Below are positions 53,296 to 64,000 of a DNA stretch of 64,000 nucleotides, one piece after another (position 1 is the first letter of the stretch; every line of letters begins with the position of its first letter). The translations under genes and the position numbers were made by a program. The stretch spans positions 166,718,001 to 166,782,000 of the forward strand of contig OX597816.1 of NCBI GenBank assembly GCA_951406725.2, in the 5' to 3' direction. A model generated the notes under the pieces. That model saw only the letters and a list, made by a program, of their open reading frames with translations, was not told the origin of the DNA and made no database searches. Source of the DNA: Octopus vulgaris (taxonomy: Eukaryota).

Positions 53296-53303
<8 letters not shown>
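52837..53303. repeat. Near-perfect 467-bp palindrome carrying two hammerhead motifs
   Basis: Centre at 53070 (CCAAAC-A-GTTTGG); one arm mismatch seen; mirrored 60-aa ORFs in the track confirm the symmetry. Confidence 0.95.
53161..53240 (+). ncRNA. Type I hammerhead motif; mirror copy at 52900-52979 (-)
   Basis: TTC-CTGAAGA-GAAAGACACAAT...ATTGTGCCTTTC-GAAA-CACGTG-TA-GAA. Confidence 0.8.
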
Positions 53304-53361
<58 letters not shown>

Positions 53362-53386
53362 ATATATGTATATATATGTATATATG

Positions 53387-53423
<37 letters not shown>

Positions 53424-53440
53424 GTATGTATATATATATG

Positions 53441-53506
<66 letters not shown>

Positions 53507-53705
53507 TGTATGTATGTATGTATGTATGTATGTATGTATGTATCCAACAACCAATGATTTTGTCGCCTTCAACTCACTCTCATTCACATCTGATAAAATT
53601 GCTTTTCTAATTCTCATTTTTTTTCTTTTTTATTATTTCCTTTTCTTAATGTTAATTGTAAGTTAATCATAAACTTCTGGGGTTTTTTTTTTGGTTTTTT
53701 TGCAG

Positions 53706-53849
53706 ATCTAAACGAATGTGAAATGGGTTTCCATGACTGTCACGTAAATGCTACCTGCCTGGACACCAAGACAGGCTTCGAGTGTTTGTGTAACGAAGGA
53801 TTCCTGGGCCGTGGGACAGGCAAAGTGGCAACTGGTCGAGCATGTCCAG
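53706..53849 (+). CDS. Exon 20: Ca-binding EGF (LNECEMGFHDCHVNATCLDTKTGFECLCNEGFLG...RACP)
   Basis: tgcag| ... |gtagaa, phase 1-1, six-Cys EGF pattern. Confidence 0.92.
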
Positions 53850-54599
53850 GTAGAATGCATTCAAAGTATTGTTTACTGCCAATTGCGTTGATTCTTGTAA
53901 AGAAATTAAGGTTAATCACAGTGCCCCAGCATGGTCACAGCCCCTGACTGAAACCTGATTAGTCATTAGTTTAAAATTATTTCCTTCTTTCCATGGAGGT
54001 TCCTCTTTGTGATGCCTTGCAGGCAATCTATGCATTTCCTGACAAGATACCACTAAAATTGTCATACTTTTATAATGTTAAAAATAATTGGTTTCAATAT
54101 CATCATCACCATGATCAGCATCAGCATCAGCAGCAGCAACCGTTCAAGAATTTGAACCTGGAGATCCCCATTTCCAGCGAATTCGAGGCCCACCTCCCAG
54201 TGGTGTCGGGCGTCAACGAAGAGCCCTCGACTACAAGACGACCAAGGTTTTTTTTCAAGGTCTGGGGTCTCCCGCCCCTAAGCCCTAGACCATCACCTAA
54301 TCACCCTTACCCGTCTTGTTGCTTAACAACAACAACAGCAGCAGCAACAGGAGCATCGTCATCATCATCGTCATCGTCGTTTTAACGTCCATTTTTCCAT
54401 GCTTGCATGGGTCAGACGGAATTTGTCGGGGCAGATTTTTCTGTAGCTGGATGCTTTTCCTGTCGCCAGCCCATGACTGGACATATTTTTATGGAAGACT
54501 GAAAACGAATGACACCGCTTGTATCATGGAGACACAAGTTTGCAACTATCACACGAAAACGATACACAGACATATCTCACACTCATACACATACACAAA

Positions 54600-54812
54600 T
54601 GAGGAGGTGTTGAAAAGTTCCTGGCTGTAAGAGTATCGCGAAATGCTTGGCTGGAGGCCCAACCTTCCAAGTTCTTTTACAGGGCTTAGAAAAACTGAAG
54701 GACCACTGCAATAAGTGTGTGAATCTGAGAGGGGAATATGTTGAATAAAATCATAATTAACTGATCATCCTGTATTTTCTTTTATCCAAAGCCAGGAACT
54801 TTTCAGCACCTC
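54600..54812 (+). mobile_element. Mariner-derived MITE
   Basis: TIRs GAGG.GGTGTTGAAAAGTTCCTGGCT / AGCCAGGAACTTTTCAGCACCTC; encodes the KCVNLRGEYVE* transposase tail. Confidence 0.75.
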
Positions 54813-55559
54813 CACCCCTCCCCAGTATATACAAGTATTATGCATATACAGGGTGCGATGAATAAACTGTCGTCTAAATTACGCAAAAATGAAAACACTT
54901 ACATCTCATTTTAACAGATATATTTTTCCAAAATTATATTAAAATATCTTGAAATACTAAAGAGTAAATCTATTCAATAAAATCGCCATTGGCTTCAACA
55001 ACGGCCTCCATACGACTTCGGAATTTCCTGAAACTCTTCTGGACGGTCTACTAATAGTTTCTAGTTTCTTACCACAAAGGCAAATGGTTAGGCAGGTTTG
55101 TATAATGTGCCTTGTGTCTCCATGACAAGAAGCTATTTGTAACTCTTATCTTATACAGTGCACATTAAATGAGATTTATTTCTCACTGAATGGAGTACAT
55201 TTTTTGTTGATCCTACCTCAACGGAACAGTAAATTATATATATATCCGGATGTGCCAGTACACGCGAGCGTGAGACATGGCCGCCCTGACGCACTTCTCA
55301 CGAGGAATTCCGGGCAGAGCTTCGTGAGATCAATGCAGAGACACTTCCGGGGAAAAAAAGGAAAGAAAGAAACCGCTGGAAAATCGATTGTAGCAGTAGC
55401 TCAATCAATCCATAGGAATATCTGAAGAAGAAATTTTATCATCCGAAATATTATATGAGAGTATGGATAATTAAATTACGTCAGTTACTATAGTCCATTG
55501 GTGTTATTATAGTGCATTGTTGTGCCATTCAAAACACATTATTATTATTTATTATTATA

Positions 55560-56125
55560 TTGGGTTGTCCGGAAAGTTCGTGCCGATTTATAGTAGCTTA
55601 CCTTTCGACTTATTTTAGAACATGGTTGAGTCCATAAAATAGGATTTGACTACACCTCCATTTAGAGCATAGTTTAAGCTACCTTTTCGTGTAAGAAGGT
55701 TTATGTTCCTATAACCTGTGTTAATTCTGTAACCTTTTAAAATGGAAGATAAGAAAGTTCATTTTCGGCACTTGATGCTTTGGGAACCAGACAAAAATTG
55801 CTGCAGCTCGGCTGGGATATGTTACCCCACCCTCCATATTCACCAGATATTGCTCCTTCGGATTTCCACTTATTCAGGCCTCTGCAGAATAGTCTTAATG
55901 GTAAAAATTTCAATTCCTTGGATGACGTAAAAAGATACCTTGATGAATACTTTGCCATGAAAAAACCTCATTTCTGGGAAGAAGGTATTTTCAAGTTAAA
56001 GGAAAGATGGAGACGCATTGTGCAACAAAATGGTTCATATTTGGTTGATTAAAAATGTAATGGCAAGTATTTATTGACCTTTTACTTTCCTTTAAAAATC
56101 GGCACGAACTTTCCGGACGACCCAA
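55560..56125 (+). mobile_element. Internally deleted mariner element
   Basis: About 30-bp TIRs TTGGGTTGTCCGGAAAGTTCGTGCCGATTT, TA TSD, MEDKKVHFRH N-terminus joined to HPPYSPDIAPSDFHLF C-terminus. Confidence 0.93.
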
Positions 56126-56346
56126 TATATACACACTATTGCTTCACCACCATTCTGGCCATCTTCATTTATCCCACTTACCTCAAGTATTTGTTAGAGT
56201 TTTGATACGTGTAATATAATTGATACTTTTTAGACTGACATTAAAAGAATAGAATTAACAGAATTCAATAACATATGTTAATTAATATGCAAATGTACTC
56301 TGTATATATAAACGTTGTATTCATTTCTCGTTACTTCTTTCTGCAG

Positions 56347-56466
56347 ATGACAATGAATGTCGGCTCTCTATGTGTCCATGGTCATCCAGGTGTTACAATT
56401 TACCAGGAACATTTAAGTGTGTTTGTTATAACGGTTTCAGACAGACGGGGCCAACATCGTGTGAAG
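56347..56466 (+). CDS. Exon 21: Ca-binding EGF (DNECRLSMCPWSSRCYNLPGTFKCVCYNGFRQTGPTSCE)
   Basis: tgcag| ... |gtattt, phase 1-1. Confidence 0.92.
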
Positions 56467-56521
56467 GTATTTTCCAATGCGTTTTATGAATACAGAATAT
56501 TTTTTCTAGTTTTTATTAATA

Positions 56522-56861
56522 CTAGCAGTATCGCCCGGCGTTCCTCGGGTTTGTTTCGACCCTTTAGAATTGGAATTTTTGAAAAGTAAAAATTTTGCAT
56601 TATGTAGCTTGTTATTCTCTTTAAGTGAACATTTTTCTTGTTGAAATACACCGAAAAAAGCACCTTTTTGATGTAAAAAATTCTTGGTCTTAACATGGTC
56701 CGATTTGAATTTTTTTCTTCTACGGAAGGAAGAGCAAGCCTTCTTCTATCATAATCTCAATTTTGGTTAACTTGCGCCGCAGGGTCTCGGAGGAGATAGT
56801 GTTAATTGAAGGCTACCAAACCTGCAATACACAGACAACCACAGATTTATATAGAGAGAGA
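56522..56861 (-). mobile_element. Non-autonomous Helitron-like element
   Basis: CTAGCAGTATCGCCCGGCGTTCCTCGGG is the reverse complement of the 3' end of the 5375-5759 copy; the other end reads TCTCTCTCTATATAAA on the minus strand. Confidence 0.68.
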
Positions 56862-57591
56862 TTTAGCAGAAACAACAGAATGGTTCAAGGGACAAAAGTG
56901 TCGTGTGTTAGCACTTACCAAACCAACACACGAAACTCTCGCACTTTGAGTCACTTTGTTGCTTCTGCTAAATATTAATAATGCGTATGTAATTATTTCT
57001 TTATTGCCCACAGGGGGCAAACAAAAACAAAGGGGTTAAGTCGATTACATCGACCCCAGTGCGTAACTGGTACTTATTTAATCGACCCCGAAAGGATGAA
57101 AGGCAAAGTCGACCTCGGCGGATTTTGAACTCAGAACTAAGCATTTCGCCCGACATGCTAACGATTCTGCCATCCTGCTACCCTTACAATAATTCGTATA
57201 TATTACGCTTCTAAAATTAACTTTGCCTAACATCATTTTGAGTTCAATGAAATAGTACTACTCTGAGGCGATGAAATGGCAGAACTGTAAGAAAATTGGG
57301 TCAGGTCTTTGCACTTCCACTCGAAAAAAGCATAGTAAAAGCTATGACAAATGCTTTGTGGTATTCGAAATCATAACGCATGGCCTAGACGCCGCAAGCT
57401 TCCATTCCCGGCATTTCGTCTATCATTAGTTCTCATTTCCGTCGAGATCGACTTACCTTTCATCCATCTCGAAGTGGACGAAATAGGTGTCAGTTGAGCA
57501 CAGGGATCGCTGTAATAGATTAGCCCCCTACTGCAAACGTGCTAGCGTTAAGCATGAAATTTGAAATATACTAATATACTATATATATATA

Positions 57592-57680
<89 letters not shown>

Positions 57681-57965
57681 AGGTTATAAGAGGTGATGGT
57701 GTCGTTGAGACCCAAAGGTGTCAGGTAATGCTGAATAAGTGCTATAGACAGACTATAGTTAAGTTCCAGGTTCGGTGGCTTTGCGAATAAGGGGTTCAAC
57801 GTTAGTCATATGTCAGCGTGTGTATATAAGAATTTGCATAATGAGATAAAAAAAACCAAGGCTGTATAGATATTAGAACATTTATAGATAGGTCTTACAG
57901 CTGTTTCCATGATATTTATTAATTATATCCCTTCATTATTTATTACATAACCATCCTCTCACACC

Positions 57966-58016
57966 GTCTCCGATGAAGGGATATAATCATGAATATCCTG
58001 GAAACAGCTGTAAGAC
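57966..58016 (+). ncRNA. Hammerhead motif (CCGATGA variant); truncated inverted copy at about 57891-57946
   Basis: GTCT-CCGATGA-AGGGATAT..ATATCCTG-GAAA-CAGCTG-TA-AGAC. Confidence 0.65.
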
Positions 58017-58368
58017 CCATCTATAAATGTTCTAATATCTACACAGCCTTGGTTTTTTTTATCTCATTACGCAAATAATTCTTATATATATATATATCCC
58101 ATATACTAGCATAGGTAAAGAGTCATTAATTAATATTTCAGTGATTTGCATTATATAATAACGGGATGACAAATACTTCGGATTGATGGACAGGTAACAA
58201 TTGATTATATCGATCACAATACTTGTGTTTCGTGTTTGAAAGGGTTGAAAAGTGAAGTCAGCCTCCAGAGGATTTTAATTCAAATAGTAACGGCTCGTTG
58301 TTGAAATACAGATTCTGCCAAACCATTACCATTCTCTAAGAAATATTTATCTATTTATTTTACAATAG

Positions 58369-58497
58369 ACATTGACGAATGTGCTGAAGGAACCCATCAG
58401 TGTGACGAGAATGCCAACTGTTTCAACACGATTGGAAGTTATTTCTGCAGATGTAAGAGAAATTTTATCGGAGACGGTAAAGTTGGAGATTGTCGTA
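58369..58497 (+). CDS. Exon 22: Ca-binding EGF ([42 protein letters not shown])
   Basis: aatag| ... |gtaagt, phase 1-1. Confidence 0.93.
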
Positions 58498-59786
58498 GTA
58501 AGTACAGCTTCTTAATATATTTATCTTTCGGTAATGTTTCATCCTCTCCTGTTGTTGTAATTATTGTTGTTGCTGTTGTTGTTCTTATTTTCTTTTTCTT
58601 CTGCTTGCATCATTTACACTTTCAAAACAAAGCTGATGAGGTCCAACAAGACACAAACATGCACACACTTATCTCCCTTCCTTGCAAACAAAGATGAGAT
58701 TATCCCCTGAGCATTTAAATGCATTTTTAAGAAATCACTAATTTCTTGAAATTATCTTTCCGTTTCTTCAACAGCTGCTAACATTTACCGCTAGGTGATT
58801 TTATCTTCCGCCAACTGAGAGAGGAATTCTAATCAATTTGCCTTTCATTGCTTAGTACATTCCATACATCTCCTTCTAATATATTTATCTAAATTCATGC
58901 CATTAGCCAATTAAAGTTATGTACATTCATTTCATTAACCTAAGACGATATTTGGTAACATTGCAATTACAAAATTAACCGTCAAGACGCCACAATCGTT
59001 GAATCATTAAACGTGATATTGTTGGAGTGAAAAATTGGTATTTATCACCATCTTGGAAATAGCTCTTGCCACCTCTCTCAGTGTGCTTCTGGAAGGACGT
59101 TATATGGACTTTATACGCTATACAGCCGTATGCAGAAAACAAAGTGTTTGAAAAACACTAAAACAACATGTCAGCAATACACTTTTAACAAAAACAATAC
59201 ACAATAAATACTAACCGTTATAAGTCGACAAACCCACACAAAAGTGAGGGAAACGAATGGCTCAAATTAAACCTAAGTCCACTGTTTAAATAAACTATTA
59301 GATTATCGATTATCAATTTTAGGGTGAGTTTATGCACGTGGAAGGTTGACAGGATCAACTCCACACTCTGGCTATTAAAACATTTTTTAAATATCATACA
59401 ATATAAAAATTTGAGAATTTATAAAATTCGCTTAATTGAGACATTTACGTGGAAGGTTGATGGGTTCAAACTCAGAACTTAGATCAATAAAAATAAAGTA
59501 TCAATGAATTAAGGTATCAAAAATATATAGGTATTTTATGTTTAAGCATTTATAAAATCTGGGTTTCAGATGTTAAGTCGAATGAAACGAACCGAAGGTG
59601 AAGACTAAAATTCTTTATCACACTGAATCTCCCTGAGAACTACGTTAAGGGGACGCGTGTCTGTGGAGTACTCAGCCACTTGCATGTTAATTTCATGATT
59701 AAACTATTCCGTTCATCGGATCAACTGGAACCCTCATCGTAACCGATAGTGTGCCAGTTATTCGAAGTCACCAGCATGATATAACC

Positions 59787-60017
59787 TATTTCTTTACTAC
59801 CCACAAGGGGCTAAACACAGAGAGGACAAACAAGAACAGACAAACGGATTAAGTCGATTATATCGACCCCAGTGTGTAACTGGTACTTAATTTATCGACC
59901 CCGAAAGGATGAAAGGCAAAGTCGACCTCGGCGGAATTTGAACTCAGAACGTAGCGGCAGACGAAATACTGCTAAGCATTTCGCCCGGCGTGCTAACGTT
60001 TCTGCCAGCTCGCCGCC
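59787..60017 (-). mobile_element. SINE family B copy (another at about 56991-57180)
   Basis: Reverse complement of the family B head and core. Confidence 0.85.
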
Positions 60018-60702
60018 TTTCAGCATGACATAACCGTAGGCAAAATGATTACATTAAGACTATACATTTTGTGAAGCGAACCTGTTTAGAAGACATTCTG
60101 TGATTTGGGGTTGCTGATTATTTTTTCCTTTTTTTTTTCTTCGTTTCTTCATCGAACGTCAATTTACAATAATGTTGTATACTATAAGCATCTAGTATTT
60201 TACATCTTTAATCTGTAAAATGTTGAATTGTTATTTTGCGATAAAATACATTTGTTGGATCTTTTCGCTTTGACCGGCAGATTTTTTAAATAATTTCTTT
60301 GTAACTAAACACTTTTAAACTTCGTATACATCTTTTTTCTCTTGGCTTTCTTAAGAAAATTCTGTAGTTTGTAAGTTATTTGTTGTTTAATTTCTTGCAT
60401 TTCGGCAATTTCAACCAATCAATGACGACCATTGAGGTGAATACAATTTCTCCGGATCTTTGTCAACAACAATTATTTGCGGTGTCATATTTATGACATA
60501 TTTCATATCAGTTACGTTCGTATGAATAAAAGATTATCGTTATTAAACTTTTATTAATAAACACATATTCTAAGTTCACAACATATGCCGTTTTAATTTC
60601 ACTCTCTGTTGCACAGATACACACATTACATATATATTCGTTTAAGAAACAGATTGGGTTTATTTACATTTCTGAAGAAAAAAAAGATACCCTTCCCCCC
60701 AC

Positions 60703-60845
60703 CCCTAACCCTAACCCAACCCTAACCCTAACCCTAACTCTAATCCTATAACCCTAACTCTAATCCTAACCCTAACCCTAACCCTAATTCTAACCCTACG
60801 CTAACTGTAACCCTAACCCCAACCCTAACCCAATCCTAACCCTAA
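60703..60845. repeat. Interstitial degenerate telomeric (CCCTAA)n array inside a 57-bp inverted repeat (60371-60427 / 60848-60904)
   Basis: Over 20 CCCTAA-like hexamers. Confidence 0.9.
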
Positions 60846-60964
60846 GACGTCATTGATTGGTTGAAATTGCCGAAATGCAAGAAATTAAATAACAAATAGC
60901 TTACATCCCATTTGTTTTGTATAATGCATACTAATTCGATAGTTTCTATTGATAACCCTTTCAG

Positions 60965-61185
60965 AAATCGGAATATGTCAATGTTTTGGCGATCCTCATT
61001 GTGTATCTTTTGATGAGAAATTTCTTCACTTCCAAGGCATGTGTAAATATACACTGCTCAGAGACAACTGTTTAAAACTTAACGACGCGCCTAGCTTCCG
61101 CGTTGAAGCATTGTTTTGGAATAAAGATATTACTGGCCAGGAAAACAGCTGGGTCAAAGAAGTAACTGTTTTCATAGATGATTTG
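60965..61185 (+). CDS. Exon 23: VWD domain start (IGICQCFGDPHCVSFDEKFLHFQGMCKYTLLRDNC...SWVKEVTVFIDDL)
   Basis: ttcag| ... |gtatga, phase 1-0, C...GDPH..SFD....FQG.C.Y VWD signature. Confidence 0.93.
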
Positions 61186-61355
61186 GTATGATTTTTTTTT
61201 TTTAATTTATTTTAAAATTTATATCTTTATTAAAGCAACTAAATTTGGAAAATGAACGTATGACTGTGATGAGTGTTAGCATGACTGTGTTGAGTGCTGA
61301 GATGGTTCTGTTGTGTGCTAAGTGGTGATTTGGTTAAAAATTTCTTTTATAGCTA

Positions 61356-61523
61356 GGCGTAGGTGTGCTGTGTGGTAAGTAGCTTGCTTACGAACCACAT
61401 GGTTCCAGGTTCAGGCCCACTACGTAGCATCTTGGGCAAGTGTCTTCTACTATAGCCTCAGGCCCACCAAAGCCTTATGAGTGGATTTGGTAGACGGAAA
61501 CTGAAAGAAGCCTGTCGTATATA

Positions 61524-61622
<99 letters not shown>

Positions 61623-61858
61623 GTGTGTATATGTTTGTGTGTATATGTTTGTGTGTCTGTGTTTGTCGTCGTCCCCCCGCAAATCGCTTGACAAACGATG
61701 CTGGTGTGTTTACGTCCTCCTAACGTAGCGGTTCGGCAAAAAAGACCGAAAGAATAAGAACTAGGCTTACAAAGATTAAGTCCCGGGGTCGATTTGCTCG
61801 ACTAAAGGCGGTGCTCCAGCATGGCCACAGTCAAATGACTGAAACAAGTAAAAGAGTA
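61356..61858 (+). mobile_element. SINE family A copy
   Basis: Same head/body/tail organisation. Confidence 0.86.
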
Positions 61859-62519
61859 TTTGATGGTATAAAAGACGCATTTTTTCCAAGAAATATTGCC
61901 TCAAGGATTCTGCCCGATTCTTATATGCAAAGCTGGGCTTCCCTTAATCTTTAAGGCATTAAAAATCTTTTTCCTTGGTATGCGCTGCTGCAATTGGATT
62001 GCTTCCAATATGCCCTTGCATTTTTTATGCCATCAAATAGGGCCCATTGTTTTGAGTTCCGTCCTAACCATGGTACATTGGGAAAGTGCCTTCTTCAATA
62101 GCCTTGGGTCAACTAAAGATGATGGGAATTATGTGGGAACTCTTTGCGGGGGACCATTATTTATTTTGGAGAAAATTAATAATAATGGGCTGATTGTACA
62201 TATTGGTTACTGTATACAGAAAGCAGCGATAATTCAAATAAAGAGAGACAGCAATGAAAGCTAAAAGTACATACACAGAATACAGGACGAAACACAAAAC
62301 GACAGAAAAGCGAACAATAAAACATCCATAAAGAAGAAAGAGTACAGAAGCACATTAGGAGTAGCGTTAATTAATTTTGGAAATCGTGGAATTTTTGAAG
62401 GATGCAGTGTCCTGACAATTCAGAAGTGATGTAGTTTGTTTATTCAATGCGTTAACACTTCTGAAAGTGAAAAACATGCTTCCAAAATCATTGGTGTTTT
62501 ATTATTATTATTATTATTA

Positions 62520-62574
<55 letters not shown>

Positions 62575-62613
62575 ACCAAAATCATTGGTGTTTTATTATT
62601 ATTATTATTATTA

Positions 62614-62653
<40 letters not shown>

Positions 62654-62663
62654 ATCATCACTG

Positions 62664-62694
<31 letters not shown>

Positions 62695-63459
62695 GAGTGA
62701 GAGAGCAGTGCATGCCATCAAAGTGACACTGGGGTAAAATATACGAAGCCCAGTATACCCATCATGACTACCCGTCTGATAAGGGTACACCAGGCATATG
62801 CATCACAACCATATGTGCGCGACATGGTGATCTCATATCAAGATAAATAGCACATGACCTAGCAGGTCGACCAGAAGAATTTTCTTCTGGCCGAGTAACC
62901 CGTTTCGAACAAAAGGTCTCTGAATAGGGATTGTTTAAGGATGTTGAACGAACCACCCATGTTTCCAAAGGTGAATTATCCAAAACTCTAAGAATTCCTT
63001 TCAACACATGGCTATGATGCTCCCCCACTACTTCTGCTCGTGGTCAGAGATGCACATATCGTCAGCCACTAAGAGACATGCTCAACTGGTTAAGGTCAAA
63101 CAACTGACAAGCAAATCTGTGGTATTGAGCAGAATATTTGCTGTAGCCTATCTTTTATACCAAAACATAACAATTATTATTATTATTGCCTTTGAACAGC
63201 TTCTAACGCTGGAGATGTACTACGGTGTCAGCTGTTCACTACTAGTGAACTAAGGTAACAAAGCTTTGGTCGGCCCGAAGTTATGACAGAAAACATTTGT
63301 TGAAGGTTCCACGAAGTGGGACTGAACCCGGGACTTTGTAGTTGCAAAGCAAATTTTTTACCACACAGCCACACCTACGGGACCATGTTTCATTTTTTTA
63401 ATTGTATATTTGTTTTGTTTTTATTTTACAAATTTATTTCAAAATTCATTTCTCTTCAG

Positions 63460-63567
63460 AGGATTGATTTACTTCAAGGGAAAGAAGTCAGAGTAAATGG
63501 CCTCACTACTAAACCTCCATACCGCTATGCCGACACAGTCTTGATACGACCAGGACAAAGTAAAGTG
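63460..63567 (+). CDS. Exon 24: VWD continuation (RIDLLQGKEVRVNGLTTKPPYRYADTVLIRPGQSKV)
   Basis: ttcag| ... |gtaagg, phase 0-0, V.VNG....P motif. Confidence 0.88.
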
Positions 63568-63678
63568 GTAAGGATTCTTCTTATCATCCTCCAATTGGCT
63601 AAATTCAAACAAAACAACCAATTGAATTACATTTGATCACGTTTCAGATTGACATGTCATATGTACCTTTTTTTATTG

Positions 63679-63717
<39 letters not shown>

Positions 63718-64000
63718 TATACAAATTTAAATAATCAGAAAATGGAGAAAACCTTCTATCAATAAACAAATCAATTGAACCACATCTGTAGCTTATTATT
63801 TAATACAAAACATGATATAACATTTATGTGACATAACAATTCTTACGGCCGTTCCTGCTTTTGATATCAGTCAGTGCATACGAAAGAATTGCGAAAATAA
63901 TATTCTTCAACTTCATAGGATACGCTTTTCTATTCACTCTGATGAAGATCCATGTTCTAGTTCGAATATCCTATGATGATAAAGGATATTATTTTCGCAA

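Noticed and set aside
60703-60845. True telomere or chromosome-fusion site
   Set aside because: The array is short, degenerate, single-orientation and inside an intron of a continuous gene.

Overview
AT-rich, microsatellite-saturated animal genomic DNA. The SINE/LINE content and gene style suggest a cephalopod (Octopus-like); this is inference, not a database match. The whole window lies inside one large + strand gene. I could splice 24 exons by eye with consistent phases (671..63567, open at both ends). They encode five tandem Caspr/neurexin-IV-type fibrinogen-like Cys-rich modules, three Ca-binding EGF repeats and the start of a VWD domain; one intron appears to be GC-AG. The introns hold a young Penelope-like retroelement (RT + GIY-YIG) bracketed by a 629-bp inverted repeat, RLE-type (R4/Dong-like) and CR1/L2-like LINE remnants, three tRNA-derived SINE families, and hAT, mariner, Helitron and MITE remnants. 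The most striking unannotated signal is about 15 type I hammerhead-ribozyme motifs in short non-coding units, mostly embedded in (TA)n/AT-rich tracts. They include a 360-nt terminally redundant retrozyme-like monomer, a near-perfect 467-bp palindrome with two ribozymes, and a U3-A8 core variant in the Penelope element. Most six-frame ORFs are microsatellite artefacts. All coordinates were read by eye, and repeat boundaries are approximate.
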